58,809 nt of DNA from Chara braunii (taxonomy: Eukaryota; Plantae; Charophyceae), in the NCBI GenBank assembly GCA_003427395.1, contig BFEA01000002.1, forward strand, positions 186,208 to 245,016, given 5' to 3'. Under the pieces are notes generated by a model. The model saw only the letters and a program-made list of their open reading frames with translations, searched no databases and was not told the origin of the DNA. Positions 48,101 to 58,809 of the stretch are shown here, piece after piece (positions within the stretch are counted from its first letter, which is position 1; the number at the start of each line of letters is the position of its first letter). Both the position numbers and the translations under genes were made by a program.

Positions 48101-49751
48101 AAAATGCATGATAGAAATTCATTAAATCTTGAGTAAGGAAATCCCACATGACTTCCCAGAATTCTTTTCGAAGACCATCAATACCTGGAGTTTTCTCCTC
48201 CTCCATCATCATAAGTGCGGACCATATTTCCTCCTTTGTAAGAGGGTTTTCTAGCATTTGTTTTTGCTGGTCTGTTAAGGCTTTCTTAATTGGTTCAAGA
48301 AAATCTTCTACCTCTTTTACTCTCTGTTCCCGTGGTTGATGTTTACAATCTGATGTAAAGAGGGTTTTTTAGAAGTCCCTTGCTATTTTTGTACATGCCG
48401 CTGTAGATGTGACTAGAGAGTGATGGTTTCCTTGGGGGTCCGTAAAGACTTCAATGATGGTTCTTCCAGCTTTGGCCTTCGCTGTGGCAAAAAATCTCGC
48501 ATCCATCATCCCTTCTGTGTTATGTCCCTTCAACTTAGCTCTAATTCTGATCCCTTGCCACCGGTATTCCATGTACTTTAATAGTTTGGCCTCCACGTTA
48601 CTGATTCCTTTGGTGATCTCGGTTAGATGAGGTTCATTCACTAAATCCTCTTCTTGTTTTTGAAGTTGTTAGAGTTGTTTTTGTAATTCTATTTCTTCTA
48701 GATGATGTTGCTCTGCCAGCAATTTTGAGTATTCATTGCATTTACGTCCCAAAAATATCAAACCGTTGTTGAACCACCTTATATCATCCTTGATTTTTTC
48801 CTTCTGCTCTCTCCAGAAGGACCAGACATCTTGTAAGTATACTTTGAAACGGTTGATGCTCAATAGGGAAGTATTTAATTTATAAAAACCTTTACCTTGA
48901 TCCGTTTTTTTTCTGAAAGAAACCAATACTGCTGTCATAGCATGATCACGGTCGGAAAAAACACTTCGAGGGAAGATCTCTGCTATTTGAAGGGCACCTT
49001 CTAGTTCCTCTGATAAAAGTATGAGATCTATGCGAGATTTTGATGCTTTACTTGTTAGGCTTTTCCTGAAACATGTGAATTTGCGTTTTGTTGGGAACAG
49101 ACGTCTGTAAGCATAAAAAAGGTTGAGAGATTGGCATAAACCTTCAATTATTTGCTCGTCCCTCTCCATGTATTGTGGATAGGGGGAGGGGAGATGCCAT
49201 CGGTCCATCTGTCTATTTGGTGCTGCATTGAAGTCTTCTGCCATCACTACTGGAATACCGGCGGGAAGGCGACTCTTTAGGGATTCAAAGAAACGGCCTC
49301 TTTCTCCTATCTCATTGGGACCGTATACACACAAGATTGTCACTACTTCAATTTCCAGCATTGCCAGGAGAAATATCCATCTTCCTTCTTCCTTATCTGC
49401 TTCCCAATAGAGGGGGTCAACCCTTGAGTCGGGGGGAAGCCAAATTGCTACTCCTGCGCTCCCAGGTCTGGGTGCGTGTGCTCTGAAGGCCTGATAGGGC
49501 CAAATCTGTTTGTGGGTGTGATTGTGGTCTGCGTTATCCATCAANTGTGTTTCCTGAANACAGATNGCATCAGGNCATTCCTTACCTTTCACTCCTCTTA
49601 GTTGTTCGTAAATCGNTTGTNTTTTTTGTTGTTTGGCTNATGNTAGGCCATTAACATTGAGTGATCGAAGGTCTAGATCTGTAGCTCTTTTTAAGAGTTT
49701 CCAGTCTTTATTCCTATTGTATAGCACTTCCAACACATTTGGACCCTCCAT
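45141..49751 (-). pseudogene. LINE G ORF2 (APE - RT - zf-RVT), disrupted
   Basis: RSLNVNGL, QET, EDFNA, KSRIDLIL, DHAM; KTPGIDGL, NYRPITLLTVVYKL, FIDFEKAYDHV, VRQGDPIAPFLF, FADD (~47485-47496); HRCLPT..PWCKLC..ETIEH. Confidence 0.93.
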
Positions 49752-49799
49752 TATTAATATAACTCAATCAATCAATCAATTATGAGTGGAATGGCTTAC

Positions 49800-52110
49800 A
49801 AGGTCAACCAATGACCTGAGTCCAGCTTACCATCTTGGCCAAGTAGGCTCTGTCCATTTTTTAGAAGGCGGGAGAGCAGAATCGTGGAGTCAACTTCTGT
49901 CAAAAAGTCGCCAGCCTTGACCTTCATTTGCTGGAGTTCTGCTAGCATGTTTTGAGTGAACCATCGTAAGTTAACAACTCGTGAGTGACATATCTTAGGG
50001 ACACATCCTTAGCTGATATCCTATGGGCGTCAGAGGATAGGATGAGCACCGCAGTACCCCCAGGCGGGAACTGTGTTTGAATAATTTTAATAATTTCAGT
50101 TTTGAATCGTCCTTCCCCTGACATCTTACCAAGCAGGGATGAGAGCGGGCCTACTGGGGCTCCATGTACTGTTACCTCTCCGTGATTTGAATCTGTTTGT
50201 TCTGACAAACCTACCTCCCAAACACCTCCTTTCAATCTAACTGGTAGGATTAACACACCAGGTTTAGACAGGGTAAGATCCGCATGCCCTCATGCCACCA
50301 GCAAACGCAGTTTTTGTCCCTTACTAATCAGTGCACCCTCAAACGGAGATATGGGAGGAGGAGAATGTTGTGACTGCAAGGATTTTGTCAGTGTATTGAT
50401 ACTTTTATCTTCATTTGGTTGACCTGCTAGGAGGATAGGGGTTTTTTCGGGAGGCTCCTCATGAAATATTGTCTGCATGTGTTCCTCCAATCCGTCTGGG
50501 ATAACCTCATCTGGCGGATCAGCTGGGGGCTCTTCTTTTTCTTCTGTTTCCGTTACCTGCAACCCCTCTTCTATTGCTAACTCTTGCTGTTCCTTACTTG
50601 TGATCTCTACTGATTGGGTAAACAATAAAAACTTACTCTCCCCTGTTAGTTCAGTTATCACTTGTTTGAGCTGATGGGTTGTCCTTTTGCTTGTACACCG
50701 TGGAGGTCCATCTTCTTCTGTAAGATGCCTATTCAGATCCTCGTCCCCTTCCCCTATCCTCTTGCTCTTATTTGAGTTTTTTTTCCCCTCATCCAGTCCC
50801 AAGTCTCCTTGAATTTGATTCATCTCGGTTTGTTGTGTATGCTGCTTCTCCTTCTGTGTAATAAAAGATCCCTGTTTTGCTAAAAATGACCCTGTTCCTT
50901 GTGACTCCAGGTTTGTTACCCTTTTTCCCAGATTTGGGTTGTGCTGAACACTCCCCAGTGGAACAATTGATCCTGGGGCTTGCGTGTTGTCCGGCTCTGT
51001 CTGGGCCTGATCACTTGGAGGTTGGAATCTCACTGACACTATGGGCAGCAAACGGTGACACATCTGTTTCCAACTAATCTCTTGTGGAAGACCTTGATCC
51101 AACGCTGTTCGGAGACTTGGACTGGTTTCTAATAGAGAGACTAGCTGCACATATGTGACGTCCCAAAACTCCTCTGAACGACCTTGGAATTTTTACTTAA
51201 GACTTTCGAGTAGCCATTCTGCTACATTCTTGAGATCTGCAGCACTTTCTTCTGTTCGTGTTTGCTCTGAATCCGTGTTAGTGCTCCTGTCTGGGGGAGG
51301 GGGGACGTCTGGGATTGGTTCTATTTTCATTGGTTGTGGATCAAAGATCTCCTTCAATGGGTCGATGTCCATTGGTTCCAGATCTGGCTCTGCATTTGAG
51401 TGGTCCAAAGAAACACCCAAAGGGACTTCCATGTCCCCAATTTTCTCTTTGCCTTTGTTGCGTCCCTTTTCTTGATCGGATTTTTCGTGCAGGGCAGAAT
51501 TTGTTGGCTGCTGCCCTTTTGGTTATTCTTTTCCTTCATCCTCCCCTCCCCCCTCAATGTTCAATGGGGTGAACCTATTACCAGTTGGTATATAGGCACC
51601 TGCATTTGGCCCGATGCGAATACCATTTCTTTTAACCTTGCCTGGTTCACTTGGTTGTTTGTTCTTGCTCCCACTCCCTTCTCNCCCANTTTTATTTNCA
51701 TGGGGTATTTGTGGTTTTGTTTGGGGGGGCTGCNGAGACCGGGTATTGCGTGCAGATGTATGCTGANCTGGAGGTTTCCNNTCTACAGGTGGTCTTGATG
51801 ACCTCCTAGGGTCACCTCTGCCCTCCCAAATCCAACCACCAAGTTGGCCACTAGGTGATATTTCATCCACATATACCCATCCCTCATACCCCGGGATACT
51901 AGGTAACCATTTGTTAGCTCGGAGGGGGTCTCTCTTCAATGCACCGTCCTTTCCGACATTCTGTTGAGGATGCTGTGGGCAAGCCACTTCTGTGGAGAGG
52001 TGGTCGTAGGCCCTGCATCTATAGCACCAGGGTCTGAATTTATGTGTTGTATGGATTTGATATAACCTTCCCCCCATTTTGAAGGGAATGATATCATATC
52101 GTAAGGAAGA
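49800..52110 (-). pseudogene. LINE G ORF1 remnant with CCHC zinc knuckle
   Basis: WCYRCRAYDHLSTEVAC, followed by blocks shared with copy B ORF1. Confidence 0.8.
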
Positions 52111-52201
52111 TAAGCTGGATAGGGCAGGTTAGGCATTCATCAGTGGAAGCTGAGGAAGGCTACAAGTCCATATTGCTGGGTACGAGGAAAAGGAAGGGAA
52201 G

Positions 52202-54110
52202 TTTTTTTTTTTTTTTTTTTTTTTTGGAAAAACACCCCCTGTAATGCTAGTGATGCTAACTTGAGATCAGACACCACTAGCACCCGGGGAGAGGCTCCAT
52301 CTATTGGTGGGGAGCGTCACCTGCTCAAAAACGGGTCCAGCGTCCCATATGTAGAGTACATAATACAAAATGAATATAGACAAGTTAACTGAGAACCTGC
52401 CAGCATTGATTACTCTTGCGTCCAGAGGATTGACTGCACAGGTCTTTAAAAGAGGGGAAGAACCTCTTCGCCTTATTTCCAGGCGCCAGGTGTCTACTAC
52501 TGAAGAACTAGTTTTCCTCCCTCTTGGCTGAAATCATTGAGTAAGCTTAGACAAGTTATTTTGCTGGGGGCCGGGTCCTGCGTCCTATACCATTGCTTTA
52601 CCAAATGACCCGAAAGTCCCCGAGATTGTGAGGAACCACATCACCCAAAAATCAGGTTCGAATCCTCCCAAAATACTGTCGAGTTGTTTGCTGGCACCTA
52701 AGTGGCCTGCCAGCTGAAATTCAGGTCCCTCCTCCTCCTGCTTGGACAGTCTATACAACAAAAGTGACAGCACCCTTGCTGGAAAGCGGGAACAACGTCC
52801 CTCTGCAGACACAGGCAGGGAAGGAATTGAAAAGGGTGAGCAGAGTTAAGGAAAGGGCGCCCTATCCTCAGGCGTCAAGGGGGGAGGTCACTGAGGGGCA
52901 TCAGTGATGCCATCTCCCCCTTCCTTGTTTCTATCCGTTTAGCAGAGCACTTTTGTCAGGGAGAGAGCGTGGGGGGGGGAAGGGTCTGGAAAGTCTGATG
53001 GGGGACGGAAGGGGAAGGAGGGTTCAACGTGGGTCCGGTCTTTAAAAATTAGTCTGTAATCCCTTGCTCCATCCACCACTTTTTGGTTGCTGTTTGGGTC
53101 ATCTTTGGACCACTCTACTTTCGCGATCTATCCCTCCCTATCCCCCCCCAGCCATTCTTTACAAAAGTTAGTAATTGCCCGCTCCACGTCCCCAATCTGT
53201 TGGAAGATGTCGAGTTGGGTTTTTAGGGCAAGCCATTTGCGCATCAGTTCTAGCTGAACTTGTTGTCGGATCTGATCCGCAACTTCTGCTTCGTCCACGC
53301 ATACCTTCTTCATGGCCAAAAGACACCGCTGCCACCATAATGCCCATAGTACCGCACGCCTTCCCAACCTGTACATGTTTTCTGCGAAGTCTGAGACCCC
53401 TTGGTCTGTCCAGTGGCCTACCAAAATCGCCTGCCAGGACGATGGCCAAGGGATTGGCATTCCCATTTTTCTCTACACCCTGTCCCACCATCTCCGCGTG
53501 AATTGTGCAAGCGGGCATTGCATAAAAATGTGCTCTATTGTCTCCGCCTTCTCGTGGTGTGGGAAGTGTCTGAGGCATCGCAAGCACCAGGGGGATGCCA
53601 GCCCTTTTTGCTCCAAATTGGTATGGTCGATCAGCCAGTCGTTGGTTGGCAGGCAGCGGTGCGCTATCTGCCATTGCAGCGATGTTTTCGCTGGTTTGTA
53701 CTTCCGATCCTTAAACCATTTTATTGGCGCAAGCTGGCTGCGATCCACGTTCAAGTGTTTGGCCCATCGGTTAATGATTACGTCCCTTAGGTTACGCTTA
53801 GGTCTCATCAACCTATACGTGGATTTAACTGTTAATTTGTGGATTGTAATGTGGTTGGAGAAACGGGGGGTTGCGGGTTTTTGGGAAGTTTCCCATCGCC
53901 ATTCTAGTGGGGCAAAGGCCAGCTCGTGAATGCTCTTCCACCGCTGAAAGGCCGTGTAGTCTTCCCCATCCTCCAGAACTCTGATTCGGAATAGGGATTC
54001 CTGGTCCTTCCATATGAAAGGAGCTCTACTGCCTTGCAGTCTACCAGCTCTCGTAATGTCATAAAATTCCACTAGGGCTTTTTGTGAGTTGGACGGGGAG
54101 CGTTCCAAGG
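52202..54110 (-). mobile_element. LINE copy F, 5'-truncated (zf-RVT region, 3' UTR, poly(A))
   Basis: Poly(T) 52202-52225; conserved tail 52226-52350; LQWQIAHRCLP..PWCLRC..ETIEHIFMQC. Confidence 0.9.
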
Positions 54111-54774
54111 ATGAGGGGGTGGTAAGAAGGAATTATTGGGTTAGGAAGGCAAGGAGAGTTAATTGAAAGGGTAGCATCCAAGGAATCAAGCGAATCAAAG
54201 GACAGGGAGTTGAGGGGGGGACCGCAGGAAATGGTCGGTCTTTTTCACGAGGCAGTGGGATGTTGAAGGTCGTTACCTTACCTACAGTATATCTGACATA
54301 GAGTGTGAGGCAACATTGTTCTGCATTATCAAGGTGGGCACTGAAGAATATAGAAGGTCATCTCGTCAGGTGAGTCCCCACTGCCCCCTCCTCCTTACTC
54401 ACCATCCCCACCTCCTCCTCCCCTGATTTCCATCCTCGCGAGGATATTGTATCAATCCAGCCGCATAACAGGGACAAGAAGAAGATAGATAAGAAACACA
54501 ACTAAATTATAACTGTTGAATGAACCCTTAATAGGATGGGTAATGTGGCAGGGAAGTATTGATATGATAAGACCTATCGTATTAATATATCCTCAATATG
54601 TTAAGCAGCACACCCCATAAGTCAATCGATCGTTGACGGGCCATAGCCACAGTATAGTCACTGCATGAGTGTAGTCAGTGTTGTGTTTTTGTGCACAAAG
54701 TATGCTGACCGAGATTCCTAAGATACATGGGTGGTGCTTGGCAAACAAATTCAAAAAGGGAGAAGACAATGCAT

Positions 54775-54818
54775 CAGAATAATAAGGATAATAAGGATAA
54801 TAAGGATAATAAGGATAA
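54775..54818. repeat. (ATAAGGATA)n 9-mer tandem repeat
   Basis: Direct reading. Confidence 0.9.
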
Positions 54819-55552
54819 AGTCCGATAAACGTCCCCTCGGTTCCTGTTTTTCCGTTTCCACTTTGGTCAAAATGAGAGTGGGTTGCAGACGGGCAGGAGG
54901 CCCCGAGTCCTTGTTATTCTATCAGGGCAATTAGACATTTGTTGCTTTGAAATCTGGGACCATCGCCATATGCCCGTCCATCTCTCAATCATGGGCTATG
55001 CTCATACCACAATCACGTGGAAGAAACGATTTGGTGCACTTCTCACAAGGAAGCAATGAATGCAGGGTTATTGAAGTGTATCACCGGAATCAAAATGAAA
55101 GACTTGTATCAAGCGAGGGGAATTCGATGGCAGGACAATACGGGATGATGAAAGCAAGAGAAGGGGAAGGAGTAATGCTGTCACAGCCAAAGGCAGGTCA
55201 GCAAGTGACAGGGCAACATATGCTTCTAGCTGATTCAGGACACCCCTCCTATCAAGGTGTAGCATTCAGAGGGTCCTCTAGCAAAGGCAAAGGAATAGTC
55301 CAGTCATCTCAGGATGTCTTTGGGGACGCCGTGGCCACCGTGCTCACAGCTTCGCAACCCGCATGGGCATAGCGTGTAAGGGACACTCTCTGAGAGAAGA
55401 TGCTCAATATTTTGCGTCCATCTATCGGCCCCACTGGGTCCACAACAGAAGAATTGAAAGTTCCAGTGAGGAACCTGTCTTCTGCAAGAGCGTACTTCCT
55501 CTCTCTTTCTCCTACCCTCAGAACAACTGATAATTGACCAAGGGGGAAGGAC

Positions 55553-56912
55553 TTGATGAGATCGTATCCCATTAACAAGCTGGCGAAGAGAGACACGGTG
55601 TATACAAAACATGCGCGCAATTGGATTTTCTACAATGACAGTGCTTACAGGTCGATGAATGATAAGACTAAATGGATATGTAAGCGTTTGTATTCCTTGA
55701 ACGCAGGACCAGAGGCAGTTTTTGATTTTTTTTTAATTCAACTGGTCTTGCCGATGGTTTTTACTGTCTTCTATCTGTTTGAGAAGGACAAGAAGCATAT
55801 GGAAGGATGGAAGAAGTTGAGATGGGATAGTTCAGGCTCTTCCGAGGTTCGAATTTACCCGTGGCTTCCTAAGATAGTGGGTCTTGACTCTTGAGGAAAA
55901 AAGGGAGCAAGTGATGAGGGATTTTTATAGGGTGGAGTTGCGCCACATTCCAATAGAGGTGCAAGCGGCTTTCATCCACAATTTTGGACAACAGTTCCAA
56001 ATCGTGGATTTCATTAATCCCTTGCCCACGTATGTAGCCAAGTGTGATGACTTCTTGATGTTTGCGCTCGATTTGCAAAAAGATAAACTGTTCTTGCTAG
56101 ATAACATTATTCCGTTCAAAATGGGTGGGATAATTTTTCAGATTCACACAGTGCATAAAATTTTGTCTATGGTGTTTTAAATGTAAAGCATATGGACACC
56201 TTAGTATGGAATTTGTCTGTCGACAGCACCCGCAACATGCACTCCCGGCCGAACAGAAACTCAAGCGGGACCCATAGAGGCCACACAGATGTACCCCAGT
56301 GGTACCTGGTTATGATGGATGGGTTTACAGTGACGAGCACAACCAGTGAGGCCAAACCATTGGCTGGTTTTGGGAAGGCAGGGGGGACTTCCGTAAGACT
56401 CCCCGGCCACCAGTGGACTGGGTACCTCCTCCTACACCATCTCATAATCAGCAGCATCAGCAATACCCACCTCAGTCCTGAGCTGGCAGAGGGGGACAGT
56501 CCCAACAGCGCCAACAGGTTCATAAAAGAATCAGCCTCGTAATGGGGCGAAGCAGATAGGGAAGACTGGGGCCGGTGGGACTGTAGAAATGGGGGGTGGG
56601 GGGGGTTGTTCCTGAAAATGAGAACCTCAAGGAAAAAAATGAAAAGCATCAATCATGTGCGGGCCCCAGGGGACACAGGTAATGACGGGGGCAACACAAA
56701 AATATTGGGCCCAGAATCTGATCCGGACTCTTATCTGCCCAAGGATGGAATGCAGTCAGCACAATGTGCAAGCCCATGGTGACACTGGTCAGGATGGGGG
56801 AAATGTAAAGTCACTACTTGGTCCAGATCCGGGCTCATACTTGCCAAAGACGGGCCACTCCCCGGCGACTGAATGGAAGGTGGTGCAGAGGAGGGGAGCA
56901 AAGAATGACTGA
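55553..56912 (+). pseudogene. LINE ORF1 N-terminal fragment (same family as B and G), frameshifted
   Basis: IIPFKMGGIIFQIHTVHK, WCFKCKAYGHLSMEFVC knuckle (~56170-56220), GWFWEGRGDFRKTPRPPVDW, GPDPGSYLPK..EWKVV match ORF1 blocks in B and G. Confidence 0.82.
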
Positions 56913-57523
56913 TAGACCGCGCCTGGCGCGGTAGCGCAGCCAAGGGGCGGAAGGGTGACGCGTAAGGAGCGAGGAGGCATTTCGTGGGGGAAGGGGGAGA
57001 GAAAAAAAAGGGACAGCAATAAGGATGTTTTGGGCCGTGCCAAGGAAAAGGCAGACACCACAGGACATTTGTTGACGGTCCCACCAAATGACTTCGCCCA
57101 CCACAGAGAGGAGGAGGGAAGGGCTTACAGCCAGGATGGCTGTGTATACACTGATGTCTTTTGTCGTCTAGCTATCGCATTCCATATGGGGAATGTCGTC
57201 GACCGCTTAGTACATCGTAGAGGGGTATACAAGGAGTCGTTGCATGCAAAATAGGGTTGTGGTCGCCAACAGGAGACCGACCGGTCGTTTCCTCACATAA
57301 CGTGGCTGCGGTCGGGAGAGGGTGGCGTGGTCATGTGGTGAAGAGAGGGGAGGTGGAGGTCGTTGGAGGGTTTCAGGTATAGGAAAGTTTGATGTTTGAT
57401 GTGGCTGCACACTGCACAAGCAGTGTGCATCACGGCCCGTAGTTAGTAGGGAAGGGATTTCTGTGGCTGCATTAGCCGTAACGTCTGCCAGATTCGTCGG
57501 GCTACCGTAGGGCGCATGTTGTC

Positions 57524-57672
57524 TGGGGGTGGACGGAGTTGCGGGTNGTATGCAGAATTCTGGGGGTGGACGGANTTGCNGGTAGTATGCAGGTTTCTGG
57601 GGGTGGATGGAGTTGGGGTGGACGGAGTTGCGGGTAGTATGCAGGTTTCTGCCGGTGGATGGAGTTGCGGGT
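57524..57672. repeat. ~38-bp minisatellite (about 4 copies)
   Basis: ggtgga(c/t)ggagttgcgggtagtatgcagg tttctg repeated. Confidence 0.85.
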
Positions 57673-58724
57673 AGATGCATATGCAGAAACGAAAAAGCAA
57701 AAAAAAAAGCAAAAACCTTCTTCAACCGCACATCTCCACAAACACGTCCAGATTCAGCCTTCGAGGACACTGCACGCTGCTCGTGGGACTTGGCCCCTGC
57801 GGTGATTGCTGGCAGCGGCAGCCAGTGACTCGGGCGTCGTTGCATGCAATAAAGGTTTGCTGACGGTGAAAGGGGACCGACCGGTCATGCGGGCGGTGTG
57901 GTTGCGGTCGTGGTAGAGGGTCGTGCGGTTGTGCGGTCTTGTTTCTACTTAGGAAAGAAAGTGTTATCTAGTCGCTCAGTATGCGTACAAAGATCGACGG
58001 CCAGAGGTGACCGGGCATATACGGCCACCCGGGTCTGTTGCAATGTTAAAGTGACAAATCACTTCCCTCTCGAGGTTTTGTTCGGGTTTCGAGTGTGCAC
58101 GGCTCCTTGCCATCAGATCTGAAAATCTGACGGCCCTAGTGTGACCACGTTGGAAAATACACGAAACATAAGCTAAACCGCCGGTAGTGGGTCACGGCCC
58201 CCCGTGCACGCAGGTCCGGCCTGAGGGCACGCTTAGACTGCGATACCAGATCCCCAATTTATGAGAAATTGTGGAGGCCCAATTTTGGGTCTTAGTGGTG
58301 GCCCAGGTCACACCGTGTCCGCAATACGGAAAAGACATGGCTGAGGCCGCCACACTATTTTGGGAAATGGGAATTGGGCAGTCACACGATACCAACCGCA
58401 ATTCTGCAGCTGTTTTTTTTTTTTTTTTGCCTCTGGGATTTGCGGCCGCTTGGCATCAACGGGAAAGGCTTCAGATGTAGCTCCTTGCACGGTGTTTGCC
58501 AATAGAGCTTGCCCGCTGATGCATGTACAGCGGACTTTAGGAAAGAGAGAACTGCCACCCATACCTGCCATGCCAGATCACCAATCCACTCTGAGTGCAC
58601 GTACGTCAGCAGTCAAGTCACTTCCTCCTACTGCACTGTTGCCATGAAGCAACAAGATACAGCTTCATCTGCGTTAAGAATTGCACTCCTGCAACAAGTT
58701 CCATACTGCCTTCAAGCCTCCCCC

Positions 58725-58728
<4 letters not shown>

Positions 58729-58809
<81 letters not shown>
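58729..58809. repeat. (AC)n(AG)n compound microsatellite at window end
   Basis: Direct reading. Confidence 0.95.

Larger units (their letters stand above)
45140..52140 (-). mobile_element. LINE copy G (L1/Tx1-like, ~7 kb; 3' end lost in gap, 5'-truncated in ORF1)
   Basis: Collinear ORF1 and ORF2 remnants homologous to copy B throughout. Confidence 0.93.

Noticed and set aside
52191-54153. Possible TSD for LINE F (AGGAAGGGAAG vs AGGAAGGCAAG)
   Set aside because: Purine-rich low-complexity match with a mismatch; could be chance.
54947-55550. Possible LTR-retrotransposon or protease remnant
   Set aside because: No convincing protease, RT or integrase motif, and no LTR pair.

Overview
Eukaryotic, repeat-rich draft-assembly window with six N-gaps. 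The green-plant-type PP2C, the transposon content and the dense microsatellites suggest a streptophyte alga such as Chara; this is inference only. One intact host gene is visible: a clade-H-like protein phosphatase 2C on the minus strand (6134-8311), encoded as a single uninterrupted ORF. Most of the rest is nested, decayed mobile DNA. It includes several subfamilies of L1/Tx1-like LINEs (APE endonuclease, RT, zf-RVT, large ORF1 with CCHC knuckle), one of them inserted into another with an 11-bp TSD. There are also tRNA-derived SINE heads, a solo poly(A) insertion, and PIF/Harbinger-, Mutator- and Tc1/pogo-like MITEs, including a three-layer nest with a 177-bp near-perfect foldback. The most interesting signal is a ~120-nt RNA structure at the 3' end of otherwise divergent retroelements: a 6-bp hairpin with a 7-nt T-loop-like loop, then an H-type pseudoknot, then a long terminal hairpin before the poly(A). 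It occurs in six copies with compensatory changes, and its first hairpin occurs at two further sites. It is a candidate shared, tRNA-mimic-like cis-signal for retrotransposition.
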